Assembly: GCA_900617105.1 (NCBI GenBank)
Contig: UYFQ01000407.1
Coordinates: 1-63,920 of the forward strand
Source: Hydrurus foetidus
Taxonomy: Eukaryota
Direction of reading: 5' to 3'
Length of the DNA stretch: 63,920 bases
The position numbers and the translations under genes are program-made. Below are positions 12,501-22,660 of the stretch, one piece after another (the first letter of the stretch is position 1; each line of letters opens with the position of its first letter). The notes beneath the pieces are model-generated. The model did not search any database, was not told the DNA's origin, and saw nothing but the letters and a program-made list of their open reading frames with translations.

Positions 12501-14830
12501 GCTTATCAACGGAGACTTATGTTACGCACTTTATTCTTTATCGCTTCCGTAACTTCAAAATAGTCTTCTGCAGAGTTTATTGCCCACTCGAATAAATCCT
12601 CAGATTTGACCCACAGTCCAGACGCGTCCTCTAAAGATATCTCTCGAGGGCGGAGGGCAAGAAGATTTCTGCCGTACTTTTTCTTTTGTGCTATCATAGC
12701 AGAGGTTTCTTCGAAGAAAACTACCTTTCCTTTTGCAGGATTTGTTCTGCTGAGTAAATCTCTATTCGGGAAAAATAATGCAATATCAAAGAAATTAAAT
12801 GAGTGAGGTAGACGATGATTCAAAGTGAATATCTGATTCAACATGAATATCTATAGGGTTTTTAGGTGTACTTCTCTTGTATACAATAAGAGGGATGGCG
12901 CCCTCCACACCACAAATTGATAATTATATTCAAAGGTGTAGCTGATGTACTTATCCCAATAATCAGCACAAGCATGACAGGATCAGATCGGATGATTGCC
13001 AGTGTTCTGTGTGGATGCTGCACATCGTTTCATATAAGAAGGTGGTATTATACACCAGCGATGGCAATGCTTTAAGTATGCTGAAGTGGTCCATTTAAAT
13101 AGGAATGATTTATTCTGTGTCATGCTGTGATACTTACCCCATTGGTTTCGCCTTGCGTATGATCACGGGAGTCTTGATCACATCAGTTACCTCGGTGTAC
13201 AGCCCTGTGAACATATGACCCACTGGGACAGCGCGCACAGAATTGTCTCTGTAAATACAAGACGAGTCAAACATGTAATTAAAACAATATTACGGTGAGG
13301 TAACGAGTGATTGCATGCAATTATCATCGACTCAAAGGTGCGAAGATGGAACTTCAAACGTGTGCTCCCTTATCTAGAAGACCCCTCTTTCCTTACTCAA
13401 TCCACCCTACCTATAGTTCTGATATCAAAATGTACCAATGATGTACCATTTTACATTGATTGCTAGTATGTACAGTTTATATGACGCACTCTTACGATCA
13501 AGATGACCCTATATGACTGCACAATATACGATGATTGACGATGAGAGATACCACTTTCTGTAGATCTGTGGCACAAAGCTATAGTAACGCTATACTGAAA
13601 ACAGCACAGCTAATATGTTCTTCTGCAGCGGCTAAACAGTTAGATAGGAGAGTTCGTTTCATAGAGCGCAATGCAACAACACAGAGCATAGCAGAGCAAG
13701 GGCTCACGAATTATGGATAGAATCGCGTTGAATGCGAGTATGTAATAGGCAATAGCGAGGCAGTCAATTGTACGCTAGAGCACCTTTTACTGAGAGCTGA
13801 GAGCACTTGAATGGACATAAAATAAGCCCAGCGACTAGGTATTACCTGAGAGTCCACTCGAAGACGTTCTCGCTCTTCCTCCTGTCGTTACCAGGCACAG
13901 ATGCTCTTAGGAACTCGTACTCCTCGGTACGTGCTCGATACTCGTCTGTCTTCGACATCATCAGCGCGTGGTTCTGTTTCAGAGCAGTAAAAGCAATTGT
14001 TCAGTATCTCACACGACAGACTACAGTTAAGCAATCTTAAAGTTACTGTGAACGGAATTTTTGGCTATCACTACTTGCAATCACTACTGAATTTCGTTGT
14101 CGTGATGTGAATATCTTTGAAAAATGAATATGCATCTTACGAATCACCTTTGGAGCATTGACCCTCCGGCCAATATCGGACTGAATTCTTTCCCATTCCT
14201 TCTGTCTTTCCTGCCAATTCGCTAGAATAGTCGCTTCTCTGTTCAAACTTGTCTGCTCGTAGATTGGCAGAAACTTCACGAGCGACGAACTTCTTTCGAG
14301 AGTTTTAGTTCGAACTGAATTCATGGTATCTTGTAGGCTTCTCAGTTTTGATAAGTATGCTTTTGGGTGCTCAACCAGATCGATAATGGGAACATCTGTA
14401 GCAGGTTGAGGTACTTTCTGAGGTTTCAGCACTTTTCTTCTTGTAGATGATTTGGCATCAGAGTCATCTCGTGTGTATGCTATCATATTACTTGCAGCAA
14501 CAGCAATCTCAGCTTGTGCTTTGCTCTCAATCTCAGCGAATGCCTTAGGATCTCCAAGAATACTCCTCTCGAGAACAGCGCCATTCCTCTCAAAAACAGG
14601 TTTCTGTCAATAATTCAATAAGAACTCATGAGTGCTTCACAGCGACTTTTACCTCCATAAACTATCAGGAGGAGATAAATCCGAACCTTTGGAGAACTAT
14701 TGCCTAGTTCAGAAGTCGTGAAAACGTCGACATCCTCCGCATCACTTAAACTTCGAGAAACCAGAAGGCTCCTTGTTGGACTGCGAGATTCTCTGAGAGC
14801 TTTCACGACCACTACCTGCTTCTTCCTCAT
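3526..14830 (-). CDS. MYCBPAP: Large multi-exon MYCBP-associated protein-like ciliary gene with a C-terminal degenerate phosphoglycerate kinase-like domain
   Basis: N-terminal exons: ILANWQERQKEW, HALMMSKTDEYRARTEEY, FKNTGTVAFTYEW, GIILPGE...FSFS...EAWALDTHP (MYCBPAP-like). Downstream exons on the same strand carry PGK-like motifs: VLEDLR, VVLGGSVRMDK, VILPVDF, YDIGP, VWGTVG, IGDST. Exon joins not all verified. Confidence 0.7.
5494..5546. repeat. (GGAA)n microsatellite, intronic
   Basis: About 13 tandem GGAA units read directly. Confidence 0.95.
7238..7322. repeat. Imperfect (CA)n microsatellite, intronic
   Basis: Interrupted CA runs read directly. Confidence 0.9.
12168..12247. repeat. Compound (GT)n(GA)n microsatellite, intronic
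   Basis: Read directly. Confidence 0.9.
12388..12428. repeat. (ATGCG)n pentanucleotide repeat
   Basis: Read directly. Confidence 0.9.
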
Positions 14831-15134
14831 TATTGCAAGTTTGCTGAATTTGCTATCCCCCTTAAATGCAGATGCTTAACAGCACTTTTACCCGCCTACA
14901 AAGCCATACTCTTTTTCTGGAGAGTTCACATCGTTAATTACACGGAACTGACAGTTGTTCGCGCAGATCTCATTCCTGCGGAATGGATCCATCTTGTTGG
15001 GAGAGGTGTAACTCATCTGGAGATCAACTACCAGATCGAGATCAGAGATCGAGATGTGAAACTCAGGCTGAAAGCTGGAAGCTGGAAAGACTCGCCCGAA
15101 TGCGGCAGTTTCTTTTTTGAAGCGTGCAGCACGT

Positions 15135-15531
15135 GATATGCGTAGACTAGGAATCCCTTTGGGGATAATATCATGAACGATATCCAGTCCGGATAGTTGT
15201 AGCTTAGGCATACGTTTTATGATTCCTTGTAGACCGGTTGATACTATACACCAACCCGCGGTCACATCAGGAATGAAATGTTGGAGTGATGAATCACACC
15301 AAGTAGCATACTAGCAGTTAGTATACAGCTGATGAAGTGGATGTTTTGACATGCTAACCACTTCTTATTAAAAGAGACTATATGACATCACGTCATTATA
15401 CCTACACTAGTTGACTTTTCTGCTGCTCTGGCTAGGCTTGCATTTCACAAGGTGTATTCTCAACGAATCACTAGCAACCTACCAGTTCAGTACCGGGATC
15501 AGTTATCCCTAAAGGAACGGTTTTACCAAGA
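15135..15531 (+). repeat. 5' LTR, lacking the first 6 nt (TGTTGG) present in the 3' LTR
   Basis: No mismatch seen versus the 3' copy; ends CCAAGA. Confidence 0.9.
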
Positions 15532-15541
15532 TAATAAGAAG
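15532..15541 (+). promoter_or_regulatory. Putative self-priming primer-binding site TAATAAGAAG
   Basis: Directly abuts the inferred LTR end; exact reverse complement of LTR positions 15361-15370; no TGG-type tRNA PBS between the LTR and the gag ATG. Confidence 0.7.
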
Positions 15542-15558
15542 CCTTTAAAGACTTTATC

Positions 15559-17433
15559 ATGAGTCAAAAAGGTTCCAAAGGTGGTGCGCCACCGAGGAAA
15601 GATGAGGGTGCAAATGGATCCCTTGAAAAGAGGATCATACCCGCAGGATTGGTTGAGATCAGCCATGATTGCCACAAGCAGTGGGATTCAATCATAGCTA
15701 AGCTGAAGGCGTACTGCAGGGACAACTATCAGGATCTAAAGTCAATCTGTCAGGATCCGATGAAAGTGACTGTTGCACCGGCTTACCGGAAGCACCTACC
15801 ACCTATGGCCACTGAGGCAGAGCTGGAGGCGATCGTGGAAGCGAACGATCCATCAGGAAACAAAAACAAGATCTTCATGGGACTCCTCAGCGGGAGGAAC
15901 AATCAATACCTCAAGTTGATGACCCAACAGAGGATCGACAAGGAGAACTGCTACACAGTCATTCGAGACATGTGCTCAGCACAGCTCAACTCGCTACTCT
16001 CCGTCGACGCCGCTTTCATAGCCTGCGAAGAAGATGACCCACTCGAATTGCTCAACATAATTAAGCGCCTTGTCACGGCACGGCCAGATGGAAATGAAGA
16101 ACTCGACCGTCAGAAAGCCCTCAGCGAGTGGTTTGGACTGAAAATGGAACATGGGGAGGTGATTCTGAATTATGGCCGGCGTGCTATCAAAACATTCGAA
16201 AGACTCACCACAACTGGAATACCAGTTGAAGAACAGCCAAAGCCAAAGCAGCAATCAATGCGCTTCATTGATGGGCTCGATGGATCAGTTCCGGCATACC
16301 ACGGTTACAAGATGTACCTGATCAATGCCAAACAGCAAACGGATCGAGACATATACCCTGCGACCCTCGTCGACGCAATCCTGCGAGCAACGAGATTTGA
16401 GACATCATTCATTGAGAATATCAATGCAACCCTCCCTCCGACAACGCCACATTCAGCATTCGGAGCTCAGCAGCAGACTGAAGATCGAGGAAAAAAGGGT
16501 GGCAAGCAGTTGGGGAAGGGCAAGGGTCACAAAGACAAACCTTCCAGCAAAGACACCAAGGCCGAATCTGACAAAGACAAGCCAAAAACAAAGTTCGAAG
16601 GCGAGTGTTTCAACTGTGGCAAGTTTGGCCACCGAAAATCTGAGTGCCGGAGCAAGGCGAAAGACGAGCCGAAAAAGGTGCGATTTGAGAAAAATCCAGA
16701 GCCGGCAAACAAGGCGAGCAGTCACTCCTCATATTACACATCATTTGGCAACATGCATGATGAAGAGGATGAAGAAATGGAAGATGATGATCGAAGATGC
16801 AATGTCGCGTTGAAAGGATCTCCACCCGACGACGGTGACGGAATCAGTCTACAGGCCACCCGAACTTCAATCCAACCATCATCGACCGAAGCGATTTTCG
16901 ACACCGGTGCCACCGGCACAATCATCACAAGCGCTGATGTTCTCTCAGAGATTTGGACGTGTCGGCCAACTGTGTTTAAGGGCTTGCATGGATCCTTGAC
17001 AGTGACAAAAGTCGGCAGACTTGGTGATATCGGCATCGTTCACTTCGATGATCGGGCGGCGCTCTCCATCATTTCAGCTTCGGATATCCTTTTGCAAGGA
17101 CACAACTGGGAGTTCCAACGTGGAGGACATGTTGATCAAGATGCTTTCCTGGTGCACACAGCAAAGCAAACCTATCGCTTTCAACATCGAGGTGGACTCT
17201 ATGTTTGCGATCTTGCATCACGACCAGAGCCTCGACATGAGAGCTCCAACAAGTCGAGATTAGAGTCAGCCAACCCCGCCATCGCTCTCAATAAGGCAGG
17301 AGGACCTTTTTCTCAGCTCCTTTGCCAACAACAACGGCAAATGAGGCAGCGTACTCCAAGCGCGAGGTTGCTCGAAGCTTCGATGCCCGACGGCTACAAG
17401 CAAGCCTTGGATTCCCACCCGACGCCAAGATGA
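15559..17433 (+). CDS. gag: Copia Gag plus aspartic protease
   Basis: Zinc knuckle CFNCGKFGHRKSEC; protease motif IFDTGAT; ...GGLYVCD at the protease end. Confidence 0.92.
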   Translation: MSQKGSKGGAPPRKDEGANGSLEKRIIPAGLVEISHDCHKQWDSIIAKLKAYCRDNYQDLKSICQDPMKVTVAPAYRKHLPPMATEAELEAIVEANDPSGNKNKIFMGLLSGRNNQYLKLMTQQRIDKENCYTVIRDMCSAQLNSLLSVDAAFIACEEDDPLELLNIIKRLVTARPDGNEELDRQKALSEWFGLKMEHGEVILNYGRRAIKTFERLTTTGIPVEEQPKPKQQSMRFIDGLDGSVPAYHGYKMYLINAKQQTDRDIYPATLVDAILRATRFETSFIENINATLPPTTPHSAFGAQQQTEDRGKKGGKQLGKGKGHKDKPSSKDTKAESDKDKPKTKFEGECFNCGKFGHRKSECRSKAKDEPKKVRFEKNPEPANKASSHSSYYTSFGNMHDEEDEEMEDDDRRCNVALKGSPPDDGDGISLQATRTSIQPSSTEAIFDTGATGTIITSADVLSEIWTCRPTVFKGLHGSLTVTKVGRLGDIGIVHFDDRAALSIISASDILLQGHNWEFQRGGHVDQDAFLVHTAKQTYRFQHRGGLYVCDLASRPEPRHESSNKSRLESANPAIALNKAGGPFSQLLCQQQRQMRQRTPSARLLEASMPDGYKQALDSHPTPR

Positions 17434-20400
17434 TCTCTGCTTTGAACGCCGGAGCATTCCTCAACTGCGACATCCTTCCTGAAGATGTTAATCGAGCAAC
17501 TGCGATCTGGGGTGCCAACATCGCTGCTCTGAAAGGGCGAACAGTTCGAGCCCGACCATTTCCAGCATTGCAAAGTCACCGTGATTTTAAAAGTCACCGT
17601 GATTTTAAAAGTCACCGTGATTCTGATGAGCAACACATGCATTGTGATGTCATGTTTGTCAATAAGCAACCATTCCTGGTTTCCATCACACATCCTCTTG
17701 GCATTGTCCTCGTTGCTTGCGTGGAGAATCTCACAGCGCCAATCCTGAGACAAAGCATCAGGAGGATGTTCGGCACCATCGGATCCCGCAGTATCAAGAT
17801 CACCCGCTTCACCAGCGACAATGAACGAGGGATCGCGGCGCTTGCAGGAGACATGAATGCAATGGGCGTGGCCGTCTCTCTCGTCGGACCAGGTCAGCAT
17901 GATCACATCGTGGAGCGGATGATCCGCCACCTGAAGGAGACCATTCGGGCCACCATACACAGCCTACCCTACCTAGTCGCTGACGCGATGATGAATCACT
18001 TGGTGCTGAGCTGCTCCAAGAAACTACTGTTGTTCCCTTCGTCCACACGAACGGACAAAATATCTCCCTTTGAGGCCTTCTTCGGGAGAAAGGCTGATAC
18101 AAAGATGGACATCGGTCCACCTTTCGGCACCTACTGTCAGGTCACCAACCGCACCATGTCGAATGGCATGGACCAGCGCACGATTGGATGCCTTTACCTG
18201 GAGCCGAAGATGAATGGCACAGGAACACATGCATTCCTTCGGTTGGACAATCGGGCGACCATCAATGCGAACCACTATGTGGTACTGCCGATCCCACCCA
18301 TCGTTATCACTACCGTGAATGGGTGGGCGGCAAAGAACAAGCTGCATACCTCGATCGACCCGATCTTCACATTCCACGACCGAGACATCACAAATGATGT
18401 CGACAATGATGCCGTCGGAAACATTACTCGTGCAGCACCACCGACAGCGGCACCAATCGGAGACCGCGGACCCATTCAGGACCCATTTCCGCCGTCAATT
18501 CCCACCGCACCAATCGGTTTTGAATCCCCACCGACACAATCGCCAATGGAGATTCGGGGTGAGACTGATACGGTTCCAGACACAGAAAACCTACATGAAA
18601 CTTCTGGCGAAATATCGGAACCAACGGAGCCCGTTGAAGAGATTCCGGAGGAGAACGCTTTTGATAGTGCACCGGTGAACGTACGTAAGTACACACCTCG
18701 ACCCATAGAACCAAGGGAAAAGTCATCCAGACTGAAGAAACCAATCGACCGACTTAACTTAACAGCGGAAGAAGTATCAACTCAAGCACAAGAAATCGAC
18801 AATCCGCATGTTTGGTCGATGATGTCAGTTACTCGGGGACTGAAGCTCTTCCCGGAAAAGACTGCATTCGCCATCGAGTCAGAGGTCAAATCGCTCCTCG
18901 CAAAGGACACATTCTCAGGGGTGCACATGTCACAACTGACACAACCACAGCGAAACAAGATCCTGCGTTCGATCATGAACGTCACGGAGAAGTTCCTACC
19001 CACACTAAACTCGGAGGGTAACCGAGAGATCGACAAGGTCAAGGCCAGGTTCTGTGTCGATGGGCGCGCGCAAGTGCGAACCGACTACAAGCCCGATGAG
19101 ATCGAATCACCCACTGCTTCCATGGCCGCAATATTCACCGTAGCGCAACTGGCGGCAGCGGAGAAACGGTTTGTTATGGTGGGTGATGTGGGGTCCGCGT
19201 ACCTCAACGCGAAAATGCCGCTGGATAAACCGGATAAAATCCTGCACATGATGATAACTAAAGATGTGGCGGATGAAATCGTACGACAAGACAAGTCATT
19301 TGCTGCGTACCGAATGCACAATGGAAGCATTCTGGTACGTCTGAACAAGGCACTATATGGCTGTATCGAGTCTGCCAAACTGTGGTATGAGGAAATAGCC
19401 GGAACCCTACGGTCCAACGGTTTCACGGCCAACCCGCGCGACCTTTGCGTCTTTAACAAGAGCATCAAAGGAAAGCAATTCACGATTGTTGTCTACGTCG
19501 ACGACTTAAAGATGACGTGTGTTGACAAGGACGCTGTCCTCGCCATGGAACAGATCCTGCTAAAAGTTTACGGCCAATTCAGGACAACACAGGGGCCTAT
19601 CGTATCGTACCTAGGCCTGACCTGGGACTACAGTGAAACAGGATACGTGAAAGTTTCACAAGCAGGGATGATCCAAGACATTGTTGCTGCAAGAGAGAAG
19701 ACTCACAAAGACCGCGGAACCAAACCCGCTGGAATTCCGCACTCACCAGGTGCTCCTCACCTGTTTGATCGAACCCCTGACAGTGAGCTGTTGAGTGCCA
19801 AGGATGCAGAAATATATCACACCGACACCGCAACCATTGCATGGACATGCTCGCGTGCACATCCGAGCCTCACAACAGTGGTGGGCGAACTCTCAAAACG
19901 AGTGAAAGCACCATCCTACGAGGATGACAAGAAGCTCGACAGGGTCATCAGCTATGCGAAGTACGTACGTGACGTACCCCTACGACTCAAAGCTGACCTC
20001 CCACCAAGAGTCACGGTATCAATTGATGCTGCATTTGCGAATCGCGACAACATGAAATCAACCTCAGGAATGTGCGTCACATTAGGGGTGGGATTTTTCA
20101 TCACGAGTTCCAAGGTCCAGAAGCTGAATTCCAAGTCGAGCACGGAGGCTGAGATCATCGCGGTGTCCGACGGGATGAACATCCCATTATGGCTCGCAGA
20201 CTTCATCCGCCTTCAAGGATACGATCCACAACCAGTGCGATTGGAGCAGGATAACCAATCCTGTATCACACTACTCACGAAAGGTCGGTCTACCGCAGAG
20301 ACCACCAGGTTCATCGAGATCCGGAAATTCTGGATCTCGGACTATATCAAGAACGGTGCAGTGGACATTGTCTATGTTCCCACGGCGGAAATGACTTCCG

Positions 20401-20471
20401 ACTACTTTACAAAACCGTTGCAAGGTGCGATTTTCGACAAAATGTTCAAGAAAATAATGGGACAAAAGTAA
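17295..20471 (+). CDS. pol: Copia Pol (integrase, reverse transcriptase, RNase H), in the -1 frame relative to gag-PR
   Basis: Open from the TAA at 17292-17294. Integrase D(CDVMF), D(SDNE), E(VERMIR); RT KARF, GDVGSAYL, LNKALYG, YVDD; RNase H DAAF, TEAE, EQDN, DYFTK. Confidence 0.95.
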   Translation, partial: GRRTFFSAPLPTTTANEAAYSKREVARSFDARRLQASLGFPPDAKMISALNAGAFLNCDILPEDVNRATAIWGANIAALKGRTVRARPFPALQSHRDFKSHRDFKSHRDSDEQHMHCDVMFVNKQPFLVSITHPLGIVLVACVENLTAPILRQSIRRMFGTIGSRSIKITRFTSDNERGIAALAGDMNAMGVAVSLVGPGQHDHIVERMIRHLKETIRATIHSLPYLVADAMMNHLVLSCSKKLLLFPSSTRTDKISPFEAFFGRKADTKMDIGPPFGTYCQVTNRTMSNGMDQRTIGCLYLEPKMNGTGTHAFLRLDNRATINANHYVVLPIPPIVITTVNGWAAKNKLHTSIDPIFTFHDRDITNDVDNDAVGNITRAAPPTAAPIGDRGPIQDPFPPSIPTAPIGFESPPTQSPMEIRGETDTVPDTENLHETSGEISEPTEPVEEIPEENAFDSAPVNVRKYTPRPIEPREKSSRLKKPIDRLNLTAEEVSTQAQEIDNPHVWSMMSVTRGLKLFPEKTAFAIESEVKSLLAKDTFSGVHMSQLTQPQRNKILRSIMNVTEKFLPTLNSEGNREIDKVKARFCVDGRAQVRTDYKPDEIESPTASMAAIFTVAQLAAAEKRFVMVGDVGSAYLNAKMPLDKPDKILHMMITKDVADEIVRQDKSFAAYRMHNGSILVRLNKALYGCIESAKLWYEEIAGTLRSNGFTANPRDLCVFNKSIKGKQFTIVVYVDDLKMTCVDKDAVLAMEQILLKVYGQFRTTQGPIVSYLGLTWDYSETGYVKVSQAGMIQDIVAAREKTHKDRGTKPAGIPHSPGAPHLFDRTPDSELLSAKDAEIYHTDTATIAWTCSRAHPSLTTVVGELSKRVKAPSYEDDKKLDRVISYAKYVRDVPLRLKADLPPRVTVSIDAAFANRDNMKSTSGMCVTLGVGFFITSSKVQKLNSKSSTEAEIIAVSDGMNIPLWLADFIRLQGYDPQPVRLEQDNQSCITLLTKGRSTAETTRFIEIRKFWISDYIKNGAVDIVYVPTAEMTSDYFTKPLQGAIFDKMFKKIMGQK

Positions 20472-20650
20472 CATCTCTTTATCTCACACTCAAAAAGTCA
20501 CCGTGATTTTTGACTATATGGTTATGATGATAACTACGCAGAAACCTATATTAGTTATGATAATTACCACGTTTTAACACCATGTGATGATAAATAATTT
20601 GCATGATACCTAAACAACCATGTGACTGAATGTCGATGACATTAGGGGTG

Positions 20651-21053
20651 TGTTGGGATATGCGTAGACTAGGAATCCCTTTGGGGATAATATCATGAAC
20701 GATATCCAGTCCGGATAGTTGTAGCTTAGGCATACGTTTTATGATTCCTTGTAGACCGGTTGATACTATACACCAACCCGCGGTCACATCAGGAATGAAA
20801 TGTTGGAGTGATGAATCACACCAAGTAGCATACTAGCAGTTAGTATACAGCTGATGAAGTGGATGTTTTGACATGCTAACCACTTCTTATTAAAAGAGAC
20901 TATATGACATCACGTCATTATACCTACACTAGTTGACTTTTCTGCTGCTCTGGCTAGGCTTGCATTTCACAAGGTGTATTCTCAACGAATCACTAGCAAC
21001 CTACCAGTTCAGTACCGGGATCAGTTATCCCTAAAGGAACGGTTTTACCAAGA
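20651..21053 (+). repeat. 3' LTR (TGTTGG...CCAAGA)
   Basis: Follows the PPT; termini form a 5/6 inverted repeat. Confidence 0.9.
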
Positions 21054-21253
21054 TACCTAACCGTACAGTTTTCAAGGGAACCCGATGTTGTTCGACTGGA
21101 CATTCTTTTACACATACGTCACAACATCGCATCGCATCATAGATCAGATGTCACTACATATCAAGTAGAATCGGCTCCATAATTGTCGCGACTAAAGCCG
21201 TCGTAGAACAGGTCACAGATAACGCTCCCTTGAGCCTCAGATTTCTATTCAGC

Positions 21254-22236
21254 ATGAGACTCAAATTTGTCATTTTTTTTGTGGGTGCTACATTTCTCGC
21301 TCATTCTGTGAAGATTGCGCCTTCGATAGTAAAGGTCAAATCGAGTTCAGTGAGACCGCTAGCGTCAGATCGTGAGCTGCTGTTGCAAGCAATTGATGGT
21401 TTAAATTACGGAGTAAAAGCGACCAAAGCAGATGATGAGAAAATTCAGTCTCTTGTAACAGCTCTTCAACTATCGTCCAGTAAGAAGTCTATCAAAAATC
21501 CAGCAGATGCATTTTCTGGAGAACAGGGAGGAAAAAACAAGTATCAGCGACTTATTTTTGGGGGGAATTGGGAGTTGCAGTACACCAATGGACCTGATGT
21601 ACTGAGTATTAGTAAAATACCTGGCGTGAAGCTAGATTACGTCGGTCAAATAGTTGATACAAATTCAAATGTGATAACCAATCTTGTCAATGCAAGTGGT
21701 TTTCTAGCTGATACTGCGCAGGAGGTGTCTGTCGGGGTAAGGCAGATTTCTCCAGACAAAGTAGAGCTCGATTTCGTCGGTAAGTTCGCAAATGCGTGTC
21801 ATCTGAAATATCCCAAGTATTCCATTTGAAATTTCGCTGCTACTTTTGATCAGGTACCAAAATAAAATTGTTGAAGATTTTTGGTCAGACCGAAATTTTC
21901 GGCAAAGTGGTTGATGACATAAAACCCTTCGAAATAAAATTCGACAAAGAAAAACTTGAAAAATCATTGAAGAAATCTGGAAGACCAACACCAGCTTTCG
22001 AAATTTTGTACCTCGATGACACTCTCCGAGTCCAAAGAACATCTGAAGGCTACCTATTTATCATCAAGAAAATCGTTGAGGAGGGTGCAGAGTCTACTAA
22101 AACTGGTGGTGGATTGGGGCCTTGGCTTGAAGATAAGATTGGCGAAAATGGCATGAAGACTTTGGGCTGGGTATCTTTGACACCATATTTATTTTTCGCC
22201 ATTACAGCTGTGCGGCAATTCATAGAGTCTCGTTGA
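21254..22236 (+). CDS. Plastid lipid-associated protein (PAP/fibrillin); 2 exons (intron 21780-21853)
   Basis: Signal peptide-like N-terminus; GNWELQYT and ILYLDDTLRVQRTSEGYLFI motifs; GT..AG intron keeps the frame. Confidence 0.85.
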
Positions 22237-22660
22237 TGTCACTCTAAAAACATGCATCTTTAAAATGAAGTACTTAAAGTCATAACATTGCACGACAATA
22301 TTGGAAGACCTCTACGCATAGGTACAGCTTTACAAGATTGAAACTTCAGAGACATAATTGCCCTGGCCTGCAACGGAGCTTCCTATGACATCTCTGCGAT
22401 GAACATTTTTGCCATTGAGTTGTGAGCAATTGACAATTGACTTAAACATCAGCCCAACTCACTGTGCTATTTCAGGTTCTCTATGGAACGTTCCACAGTC
22501 AGTACGGACATATCTACCATTGACAATTGATCACACCACCACAGCTCTTTAGCTGACAGCTCGAGCAAGTTAGTAACAAATTCAAACGATTAAAATTAAA
22601 ATTACCGAAGGGTAAGGCTCCAATGAATGCCTCATACCACTCTCAGCCGCAGACTTTTAT

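Larger units (their letters stand above)
15135..21053 (+). mobile_element. Full-length Ty1/Copia LTR retrotransposon (CoDi-like), very recent insertion
   Basis: 399-bp identical direct repeats (15135-15533 and 20657-21055); domain order gag(CCHC)-PR-IN-RT-RH; PPT AGGGGTG at 20644-20650. Confidence 0.97.

Noticed and set aside
14888..15265. ORFs 14888-15265 and 20551-20787 sharing an N-terminus
   Set aside because: Antisense frames through the two LTR copies, not genes.
15550..15600. tRNA PBS candidates ATCATGAGTC (half-tRNA-Met-like) and TGGTGCGCC
   Set aside because: Weak matches, 20-50 nt from the inferred LTR end and overlapping gag; not formally excluded without the host tRNA set.
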